From: Podarcis melisellensis
Taxonomy: Eukaryota
Length of the DNA: 64,000 nucleotides
Assembly (NCBI GenBank): GCA_964234715.1
Contig: OZ174283.1
Reading direction: 5' to 3' (one strand)
Part shown: piece by piece, positions 26,801 to 38,800 of the stretch
Numbering within the stretch: position 1 is the stretch's first letter
Layout: each line of letters opens with the position of its first letter
Made by a program: the position numbers and the translations under genes
Notes under the pieces: generated by a model
The model's database searches: none
The model's input: the letters and a program-made list of their open reading frames with translations, nothing else
Told to the model about the DNA's origin: nothing

Positions 26801-29800
26801 CTCAAGGTATTATTGAGGGAGCATCTTCCAGTTTTGAGCAATTAGTATGTTAAAGGTAAAGGTACCCCTGACCATTACGTCCAGTCATGGCCGACTCTGG
26901 GGTTGCGGCGCTCATCTCGCTTTATTTGCCGAGGGAACCGGCGTACAGCTTCCAGGTCATGTGGCCAGCATGACTAAGCCGCTTCTGGTGAACCAGAGCA
27001 GCACACAGAAACGCCGTTTACCTTCCCACCGGAGCGGTACCTATTTAACTACTTGCACTTTGGCATGCTTTCGAACTGCTAGGTTGGCAGGAGCAGGGAC
27101 CGAGCAATGGAAGCTCAACCCGTCACGGGGATTCGAACTGCCGACCTTCTGATCAGCAAGTCCTAGGCTCTGTGGTTTAACCCACAGCGCCACCCACATC
27201 CCAAATAGTATGTTAGCTGCTGATATAAAATGAAAACTGACTCTGTTTATTCCAGACTTCCTTCAAATAATTTAAGATTGCTGTCTCTGGATTGTATGGT
27301 ATCTTTATACCTAGCATACTCTGAACCTTCTCAGCTAATAAGCTACTGCAATATTTATTATTTGGCTATGTTTCCCACATACATATATTTATTTTATATT
27401 TTTGCTGTGCTTTGTTTTAGGCGGGAGGCACAATTGGATGAAGAAGGGCAGTTTCTAGTTAGAATTATTTATGATGATTCAAAAACATACGATCTGGTTG
27501 CTGCGGCAAGCAAAGTCCTTAGTAAGTATATCTTTATTTCCTTCAGCACTGATGAACATTTAAGGAAAAACTGAAGTTTACATGTAGTTAGTTCACAGTG
27601 TTTGTTGATTTGCATTAATGCATTTATTGCGTTGTAGTTTTTCATACCACACAAGCATCATGGGAATGTCAGTTTTCATTGCTAAAAGAAAGAGAAGGTG
27701 CTTGCATTTCAAATGCTTCAAAACAAAATTGAAGTACACAAAAATAGAACTCAGAGAAGTCTATGACAGTGGAATCTTGCAATAAAATATTAAAAGCCCG
27801 ATGCATTCATCTTCCTCAGTGCTGATTAGGAAGTATTAAATGTGATTTTTTTTTGTTCTGCATGGGGCTTCAGTGCCTTCATGTACTATATAATGCTTCA
27901 TGTTTTCTTTAGACCTTAACGCTGGAGAAATCCTTCAGATGTTTGGGAAGATGTTTTTTGTGTTTTGTCAAGAATCTGGTTATGACACCATCTTGCGTGT
28001 GTTGGGCTCCAATGTCAGAGAATTTTTGCAGGTAAGAAATATGTGGCAAACCATTAATGGTCAAATTCCAGTGTAATTTCTCGATGACAGCAGCAGCTGT
28101 GGCCCAGTGTGGCCTTGGGCAAACTTGAGGTGAGGAGGCAAAAACCTTCCAAGCATCTGGTTGGTCAGCATCATCGGCCCCAGCCAGTAAAGGGGTCCAA
28201 GGGTTTGGTCCATATGCCCACATGACATGGTAACCTCCAAAGGCAATGCAATCCAAAGGCAAAACCTACAACCTCCAGTGACATGGTAACCTCCAAAGGT
28301 TACCATGTCATTTATTGTTTCCTAGACCCCTCAGGGTTGTTGCATTTGGACCAGCATGTTTAGTAAAACCAAGTCTGTTGAGTTCCATGGGACTTAACTC
28401 TTGCAGTACATGTTCATTGAATTTCAAATGAGAAATCTATTGATTTATGGCTATTCTCTTAGGCAATAATTAGTGCTTTGCTGCACTGACTACCTATTCC
28501 ATAAAGAAACTGATTTTACAATTCACATTTAAGAACTGAATTAACACACTCATTCAGGAAAACCTACCTACCAGTTTGCATTTGTGCCATCTCAAGTTAA
28601 GGCTCCAGTTGCACACTAAATTATGCATGAACACATTCTTTAAATTAAAAGGAATACAAATATGTGAAACTTAATTTGAAAGGCAAGCAAAAAGAAAGAA
28701 AGAAATATAATTAGTATTTTAAAAAATATATACAATTCTGGAGCCAACTGACAATTCCCAGGTAAGATCCACCCTCTGTTGTGTGGGCAGGGCGGTCCCT
28801 CCCCCTACTTGGCTAATCCCCTGGCAACGCCTCCCCAGGTGGGATTGAGGTAGGTGGAGACCTCCAGGTTTCCAGCCTGGGGAGGGCGAAGCCAGCCCAT
28901 ACTGCCAGGAGCCGCATGGGATCTGGGGGGGGGGGCTGCATGTGACCATGCAAAAGTCGCCCCCATTTGATACAATTCTTCCTTTTTATATTATGTAGGG
29001 CTGAAAGCATTACTAATGGAAATACAAAGCAGAATGTTAAAGAGAGGCAGCTTTTAGATAAGTGCAATTTGAGAAATCCCAAGGGCATTATTATGTTATA
29101 ACCACACACACAAAAATCAATCAGACACCAAGTGGTGCTTAACCTAAGATACTTTAGGGAGTAGTTTATTTGCCTTCTCATATTTTAAAATTAGCAATGC
29201 AGTATATGTTCTATGGCATTTTACAGCACTCAAAAGAATTGCTTGCAGAATATGTTCTACAATGTGCCCCAGAGCTTATTTTTCCATTTTACGCTGCATA
29301 TACCCAAAACCTATCTACTTAAGGAACACACTGGCCAGTTTACATGTAACACGAACCCATGGCTAAGTGTGAACATGCAAGTAAAGTCATACCTCATGTT
29401 ATGGATGCTTCAGGTTATGTGTTTTTGGGTTACGGACCATGGGAAACCTGGAAGTACCAGAATGGGTTACTTCCGGGGTTTGCTGCTTGCGCATGTGCAG
29501 AAGTGCCGAATTTCAGGATGTGAATGCTGCGGGTTGCGGACGTGCCTCCGTCATAGATTACGTCCGCAAACCAAGGTTCCACTGTACTCTTGCTTACTGG
29601 CAGCGAACTCTGTGTTGGGAAGCCAGGTAAGGAACATGACTTCACCCCACTGGCTGCTACTGTTTGGGGTGAGTTTTAGCCCAGATGATGTTCTAGCCAT
29701 ATCTTTGCCCTACTGGCTCCATTTAACACCAGCCAATAAGAGCATGGGGCACTGACTTCCTTCTCCTCCCCACATTTTCACCTTTCACTGATCATAATTT

Positions 29801-32800
29801 GCATTTGCTCAAAGAACTGTATCCAAAATATTCCATTGGTTTGTTACTAATGTCTCTTACATTACCCCCCTTCCAGACTCCTACTTCCCACTTCCTTTTT
29901 GCTTTCCCCCCTCCCCTTTTGATGGACAAGCTGCCTTTGGAAACTCAAGAGCAAAAGGAACAGGTGCTGCTTAACCCAACCCCTTTCCTGCCATTTTCCC
30001 ATTCAAAATTTGCACCTTCCCAAGCTGCTTTTCCACCCATGGAGGAAAATATATCAGACCCCCGTATACTTTACCATTGTATGGGGAAAAGAAGCTAGCC
30101 TAAAGAGCTGCTATTATTTTGAGTGTTCAAATGGCAGAAAGGGAAACAGTTAATTAGCCCCTTCTCCCATCATTTCTCTGTTGAAGCTGGAAGTTGCTTT
30201 CCTGAAGTATTTACATGGCATGGTCATACATCTTTCACTTAAGCCCTAAGAAACTGTTAACATATCTTTCTGAGTGTCTATACACATGTGTACATGAACC
30301 TGTTATCTTAAACCCATGTCCATGTAGCTATTTCTTCATAGCATCTTGGAAAAATAGACCAATGAGCAGCTTAGTAAGCGTCCGATCCACAAGACTGAAC
30401 TGGAAGGAAGCAGAGAATGAAACAGCCTGAGTTGGGAATACTGAGCAAATTGGGGGGCTGAGAAGTACCCAGTTACAGAAAATGGACTTCCTGGTTAGTG
30501 GGGAATCATGGTACCCAGGGTAATTTTATTAAGGGCAGAACTGGCTAAAAGGGAAATTGAATGGCAAAAAGGCATGTGATGAGCTATCATTAGTTACCAA
30601 AATGATTCTTCCTGCTAGAAAGTGGCAGGGAGGTTACAAGGGGTCTCTGGGCCAATGAGACTACGCTGTGGTCTGCATTGGGGCATTTTCACAGGAAATG
30701 TAAATTTAGGCAATCCAATTTCCAGGAAAGGGTTTTACTGAATGGTGCTCTTTGATTACTGCCCAGAATTAATTTAATGCTAAGTAAGGTTTCTTACTTA
30801 ACATTAGATTTGACAAAAGTTTCAGGAACCAGTTAGAACCACATACACAAATTCTCCTGTACAGGCACCACTGTGAAGAGGATTCTTGAGAGGAGCCACT
30901 GGACTATCCCATAATACTAAGCTTGAGCTTTCTTTATTGTGAAAGGTTTAGCTTGAAATACGGTCACTTTCTCTGACTCCTTTGGAAGAGTGCCACGCTC
31001 CTTAGTCAGACAAAACCAAAATACAAGCGTAGTCTTGAGAGCGGAATTTCTCAGTAACAAAAGAGTCTTGAAACAGGCCTTTGGAATGGGTTGATCTTTC
31101 CCTACAGCCATCATAGTAATCCATTCAGACAAATGCATGGGTTAGTATGCTGGCTATTGATAAAAACCATCTCAATAAAATGTAAATTTCAAATAAGCAA
31201 ATAAAGTAAACCAGGAAGCTCTAAGCTGAGTTTAGCCCAAGGAATTAATTTACAAGATACTCATTTCCTTTGGAGACCTCCCAAGAGAAGAAGCAGCTGT
31301 TGAGGCTTTTCATTTCTCACAGAAAATAAAGTTCAAGCTATTTCCAAAGTTTTGAGGATCTGCAGATGCTCTGTAATACAGCTTGCTCTTATAAAACATT
31401 GTCATTATTTATTATGTTTTAAAAACATCAGCGCCCATATGAACATTAATGGCATTAGAAAATGCAGAAGGACGAGACAGAGCAGGTAGCAGTGCTTGTG
31501 CTACTGTATAGAGCAGAATTTGGTACAAATATTCTTCAGGCAGTTATGTTGCCTTCAAACATCATTCACTTTTCCAGTGAAAATGCTGGAAAAATAGGTT
31601 TTAATCATTTTCTGTTATTAAATAATCTCCTTACAGAACCTTGATGCTCTTCATGACCACCTTGCTACAATATACCCAGGTATGCGTGCCCCTTCCTTTA
31701 GGTGTACTGATGCAGAAAAGGGGAAGGGACTTATTCTGCATTACTATTCCGAGAGAGAAGGGCTCCAAGACATTGTAATTGGAATCATCAAAACAGTCGC
31801 TCAACAAATTCATGGCACAGAAATAGACATGAAGGTAAGTTGTAGCATAAAGTTTCACCAACTTTTCACATGCCACAAATATATATTCCACAGGTGCTTT
31901 AATACTGTTTAACTTAAAATATTTTGTTCCCAAAGGGAAAAAGAATTAACACCACATTCTCAATGTGCTGTTCTCCCATTGTTAGACATAAAAATGCACT
32001 GTGTTATGTGTTACATGCCTGTTTCCATTGCTCTAATTATTATAGTCAAAAGTTCAAGAGCTGATTTATAGAAGCAGCAGTAGTCCTAGGTCATGATACA
32101 GAATATTTATTCATTCCACGCTCTTTTCACAATGTTAAAATTTTCTCCAGTATCCACTTTATGGCAGCTTGGCAACTCACCACAACCCACCACTGTAGAA
32201 CTGTATACTTGGTTTTTTTTATGAAAGAGTGGATCAGAATGGTTTCAGCGTAGCCTAAACTAGTGTCCAAGTCAAAGGAATAGCAACAGGAATGTTAAAA
32301 AGTGAGATCTGCAACAAAGTGTTGCAGTGTATCCTCACCTGGTATCATAAAATGTGATACCAATAAGGAGGGAAAAGACACATGTTCGGATTTTTTTGTG
32401 GATTTTTCAGCAGGGCAATGCATATAAATGGATTTTATATATAGTCAAAATCATAGTGTGTCACAAAGAAGAGCGTTCAAATAGAGAATATAAGGCATTG
32501 GAGCTTGTATGATTGCAAGGCTCAAATTTTCCACGCTAGATGAACTGTGTACCAGACAGCTATGACAAAATCAAATTACAGCCTGCCACCAACACAGAGG
32601 CCATGTGAAAGTCAAAGTATGTCTAATAACTCAATCTATAGAATTGTGACACATAACTGTGAAAATACAAAAATACTAGCCAGTATGATCTGGAAGTAAA
32701 CACACGCAGCCTTTTGAGTGGATAAGAAATTAAAGGAACCAAAAAAAGTCTACATTGGAGTGGTACAAAGATTGGAACATACTCCTATCTTTGTTGGTTT

Positions 32801-35800
32801 CCTATTTTTCTTCACGCAGTTGGCAAAGAGTTTGTTTTGTCTACAGCCTTCATAGATTTCTATTTTTAAAAGGTTGGGATTTATTCATTTCTTTTGCTAA
32901 ATGTCAAGAAAATTATCACAATAGCACTAAACTCGGGGAAATTGCACAAAAAGTATTTAGCCTGATAAGACACCTAGAAATCAGAATCCTTGATACTCAT
33001 TTCACCTTGATTGTCACATTTAGCTTCAGGCAAAATGAACAGAGGCGGCTGTAGGATGGGAGACATGCAAGGGCAAAAGGACAGGCTATCACAATGTAAG
33101 GAAGATTGCCAAAATAGTTGATTTTTTAAATCATTTGACTTTCTCTGCATATTTTGGGGGCTTGCTATGATTTACATAGGGAATATGGATGCCCGCCACC
33201 ACAACATGGGCATGTGACATCACACACACTATGTGCAGTTGTGTGACATTGCACATTCACATTGCAGCGGCTGGCAGCAGCAGCAGTGGCTCCTCTTCGC
33301 AGCCAGCAAGGCACCCTTTTCCACAGGGAGGTGCTCAGATTCTGTCCCCATGTCTGAGTTTCCCCATTCAGAAAAGGGTACCTCGCTGGCTAACTCTGGA
33401 GGACAGAGCTGAACTTCTTCTCTCTTGGAGGCAACACCACTGCCACCTGCCGGCTTTTCTCAATGACTTTGTAGGTGCCCGGCTCCCACAATTATATTAT
33501 TGCGGGTGCCCAGGCACCAACGGCCCCCTGGAGTTGGCTCTTATGGTAGGGACCCTGACCACCTTTGACCTGAAGCAAGCAGACAAACAAACAACAATTT
33601 ATTGGCAAATGAGCCATAAACTATGGTTAATCATAACTAACATTTTTTTGAAACAAATCAGCTTCATAAATCAAGGTTTGTAGTTGGTTTGCTACAGTAA
33701 ACCATAGTACAGACATAATGGTTTCAGACGTAATTGAAGTGAAAGCTTCTCTTCTTCAGGGTGTCTCTGGAAAAGGGGAAGAGAGTTTGTGAAGGTTCAT
33801 TCCTATAGTGATAAACTGTAGTTTATTGTTACAGTATGTTTGAATGCCCTCTCACATTCCTTTCAGAGGAATACCACTGTCAGTCTGTTGCAGCTGAAAC
33901 AACAGTCTTGTGGGACCATAATGTCCAAAGGATTTATTCTGATACAAGCAGTTGTGGACTAGAATCCACTTTATCCTATGTAGTGTTAAATCAATGATAA
34001 ATCAATAAGTCTTTACGTCCCATAAGACAAAAACATCTGATGAGATGTTTTTGTCTCATCAAAGGACACCAATTTTGGTGAAGTGTTTCATTAGTGCTGG
34101 GTCTCTTTTGAAGCTGCCATTGATCTAAACTACTACAATTGTGCAGTGAGTTAAATTTAGCTTAGGAGCTTTGTTCTGGTTGTATAAGCCAGGAGCATAA
34201 TGTCTCTTTCAAAATCTAGTTGGCATATCTGTTCTTTTAAACCATAAAAGCACACACACCACCATCGTTTGTTATTGAGCTGCCTTGGAGTATGTTAAGG
34301 AAAGGTGGGCTATAATTTTTATACATAAAAAAGTCTGACCTAAACAGGGCTCCTTCTTTGCAAGCGAATTCCCTCCACTGCAACACACACACACACACAC
34401 TCAAAGGAAATGTATTCACGTAAAAATGCTGCTTCACATATATCCTTGCCTCTCCCACAAATCTCCAGTTCCATGACAGTAAACGATCACATACCTATCC
34501 TACTTAATGTGTTTTTCCTGAAAAAAGTGAAAACATAGGACATACTACACTATTGCTTAGCATTTTCAAAAGCTAACTTTAATGCAACACAATAGACATA
34601 AGCACAAAACAATATAAAACTATCAATGTTTCCCCAAAATCTAAAAATTGTTCTGAAGGCCTTTTGTAAAGAAGTTTGAAGGCATTTTCAAAACTCTCTC
34701 CCTTATAAATGCCACTTTTCACACAGCCAAGTGGGAACATCAGTTTTGCAGAAGATTTTATTGCAAAGCACAAGAGGAAGAATCTGCTAGATATCTCTTT
34801 GAGTGATTTGTCTTCATTTTTATTGCTGTTACCATGGTGAAAGAGTACGTACGCATGATTGGTTGACGTAACTTGGTAGCTAGGTCCACAGAGGGAAACA
34901 AAAATCAAACTTTATTCCTGGCTGTGTCGCTGCTGGTGATGCTCTTTCATTTATTTAATATTCCACAGTCGGGTGTTTAGCAAATTCCCGGACCTATTTG
35001 AAGTCATATAAAACTTGAGAAGCAAGGAGTTATCTAATTCTGCTTCTATGAACTTCAGATTTTTGTGTGTGTGTGTGTGTGTGTAACTTAAGTGTTTGAT
35101 TTTATGTTTTTTTAAAAAGACAATGTTATAAGTTACTTGAACATCTTTGAATAACAAGCAAATAACAAGTCTAATAAAAATAATAGTGTCATGTGTTCTA
35201 CATGAGGACGTTTGGGGCAGAAATTCAGTATTTGCAGGAGCAAGCCTCATTGGACTAAATGGAACTTGCTTCTGAGTAAACATGTAAGCAGCACAGGCAC
35301 ATATGTCTTGGTTTTAAGCGCCACCCCTCCTCAGCAGCATGTATTCTGCCAATCACATAATCTTTTTCAACAGACACTCAATTGCTTTCATTTTTTTCCA
35401 GAATACAACGGAAATGTTTCTATTGATTTCAGCTGTGCTTTGGATCAAGCACTCACTTATTTTTTAGTGTTCCGACTCCTTCATGTCCTTCCCTCTCCTC
35501 CTTTATCTCAATTGCTCTTATTCATTTCAATTCAGCTCTGTGAATTACAGTTGCAACTGTGCTATTATTGACACATACTCATTCGGTAGAGGTCATTGGA
35601 GACTGCAGAGCACTTGAACGAAACAGCAGATTGGTTTTCTGAAACTGTGGCGACTTGCTGCTGTTTAATAGTGGCAGTTTTTGAAACAGACTAGACAGTT
35701 TCATAAGTTTAGTGGCGGGGGGGGGATGCTGCTAGTATTCTGCAGGGACTTTTATAATGTACAAATCATTTGGCTTGCATGTTTTCTTTTGTTATATTTT

Positions 35801-38800
35801 CAGCATTGTCCCAGGAGGGAGGGACTTTGAATAGAAAGAGACCTCCCACCAATAAGCAATATTTGTTAACATTGCAGGCTAAGCACTTCAGCCATAATGT
35901 TTTTGTAAAACCTTTGTATTGTTTTTATTTTATTTTAATTAGGGCTGCAGTATTTAGTAAATTAATTAGTTGCATTAATAGAGTCAATAAACCTACGTCT
36001 TATCTAAAAAGGTGCAGCCGGTGAATTAGGCAGCAGATTATTTATATATTTTAAAACCCTTATTCATTTCCTGTTTTGATATTATTAAAAGCTGTGGGTG
36101 GCAGGCACCATCTTAGAAAAAACACCCCCCTTTTTATATCCCAGAATAATAAGATGGTGGAAGCTGTGACACGTGCATGTTTTCCTAAAAACTATCAAAG
36201 TGTGTTTCAGTAGCTTTGTTTTAATATACAAGTCTATGCAGATTTTATAAATTGATCAGTTAATAATCCCACTAATTTATAAAGTTAGTCATCTAAGATT
36301 CTGTTAATGAAGTGGCAGTCTATGTTTTAATGGATTATTAAAAGAGGGGTGAAAATATAATCAGGAAGTTTTTTTTTAAAGGCAGTTATATCTTGCCTGA
36401 TAAGATGAATTGTTTGATTTTCAAAATCTTGGCATTTAAAAGGGCATTGTCTGCTTTTCCACAGTCCTAATTATGAGACTTAACTACGATGGAGTGAACC
36501 ACAGGTGGAATTGGTTCAGTTAATTTTGGAACTGGTCTTGCCAGTTAATTGCTTCTGTAGCCTTCTGTGCTGTAAACTGGATCCCTACCCTTGGCTGCTC
36601 TCCATCTCGAGAAAGGAACTGAGAGTCTGACAAGACCTCAGAAGACTGGGGTAACTTTTAATCCACCTGGCCCTCATGCTATACCCTCCAGGACATGCAT
36701 CTTCCCGGGCTTGCTCCCACTTGAGTCACATGACCCATGTGAGATCACAAATCTGTGAGCTCGCAATCTCATGTGTTTCAGGGTGCCATGCTGAGAGCAC
36801 GATGTCCAAAACTCGCTTGTCCTGATTTGTCCCGGGGTAGTTGACAGGTGTGCCATGCATGGTGGTCAATACTTCTTAAAGTTGTGGCACTGCCTAGGGT
36901 TCCATTTCATTTCAAATCAGCCTTAGCCTTCAGATGGCCTGGAATGTATTTATTATTTCTTCTGCTGCTCAGTGGTCTGATGCTCTCACTGCTCTTTCTA
37001 CATTTGAACATAAGTGTCAATCTTCTTTGTATATATTAATTTGTATGTTTATGTCAGGATTGATGGAGCATTTTTTTAGTATTAATGTCAGCTGGTGATA
37101 TTTTTTTCTCTCTGCTATGTTTGCATTAAAAAATAAATAAAATGAACATATTTCTATATAGACATCCTGCTCAAAAAAACAATGAAACAGAGTTGTGGTC
37201 AATGGACCCTCAAATCCAGGGTCAAAATCTGGAATTATGAAAATCAAGAATAGCTCTTGTTCATTGCTATAGAAGAATAACCCTAAAAAAAATGTTTTAA
37301 AAAGTAAAATTGCCCATAATTGTTGTTGTAATTCGGGTTTTTTGTTGTTGTTATTCAGGTTATTCAACAGAGAAATGAAGAGTGTGACCATATTCAGTTT
37401 TTAATTGAAGAGAAGGAGTCTAAGGAAGAAGATTTTTATGAAGACCTGGACAGATTTGAAGAGAATGGCACTCAAGAGTCTCGCATCAGTCCTTATACTT
37501 TTTGCAAAGCTTTCCCTTTCCATATTATATTTGATAGGTATCTAGTTGTCACCCAGTGTGGCAATGCAATATACAGAGTCCTTCCACAGGTAAGAATTCT
37601 TATTTTACCTGAAAACCGTATACATTTTTATTCCTCGGTGCTCCCACTACACTCCTAGTATGCACTCCTAGAACTCTAAAAGACATTTCACATTAATGCC
37701 TTTAACTAATTCCATCTTTGTCTTCATAAAGTGTCATAGTCCTTCATTTCAACAGCCTTTTAACCAATATTTTAACATTTTTATTTTTAATTTATTTTAC
37801 ATCTGTTGGAATTGATCAAAGGTCTACATAGGTCCCAAATCCTTCCATATTTTGAGTCATATGACTCGTTAGTCAGATAGTTTATTAATGTGGTAAAATC
37901 TAGTACTGTGCATATGTGTTTGTGTGTCGGGGGGGGGGGTACTCCTCAACATTGTACTGATAAATTAGCATAGATAGAGCATTGGGAAACAGAATTCAAA
38001 TGCTACACATGATATAGAGTATAAATAACTTCAGGTCTTTGAAATGAAATTTGTCTGTCTCATTTATATTTCAGCTCCAGCCAGGGTATTGCAATCTTTT
38101 GTCAGTGTTTTCATTGGTTCGGCCTCATATTGATATTAGTTTCCATGGAATCCTCTCACATATCAACACAGTCTTTGTGCTGAGGAGCAAGGTAACCATA
38201 CTGTTCACCTGCCATTTTTCAATGATAATCATGTTTTACTTGGATAAACAATAGAACCTCAAATTTCTTTACCACATTTTGACATGTTTCTGCTTGGGTG
38301 AAACAGAAGTAAAAACAACCTTTGACTGCGGATAGCATTAAAGTAGTTTGTGGAAAGATATGAAAACATACAGACATAACTATGACACCTTTAGCTGCAG
38401 TTATGGGTTTTGGTTTTTTTCTTTACAAGGAAGGGCTGTTGGATGTGGAAAAGTTAGAGTGTGAAGATGAATTAACTGGAACAGAAATTAGCTGCTTACG
38501 CCTTAAGGGTCAAATGATCTACCTACCAGAAGCAGATAGTATTCTCTTTCTTTGTTCTCCAAGGTAAGCAAACACAGTTTGTGTATATTGCAGTGCATTG
38601 TTACAAAAACTTGTACAGTAACTCACATCTTACATGAGGGTTCGGTTCTAGGAGTCCACATGTATATCTAAAAATGCACAGGGGCGTGGGTGGTGCTGTG
38701 GTCTAAACCACTAAGCCTCTTGGGCTTGCCAATTGGAAGGTCGGCAGTTCAAATCCCCGCAATGGAGTGAGCTCCCATTGCTCTTTCCCAGCTCCTGCTA

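Noticed and set aside
29213-29755. 180-aa ORF in intron 4
   Set aside because: Runs through a MITE fragment; no domain or splice support
33189-33683. 164-aa ORF in intron 5
   Set aside because: Lies in a GC-richer repeat-like block ending GGAGTTGGCTCTTATG; no coding signature
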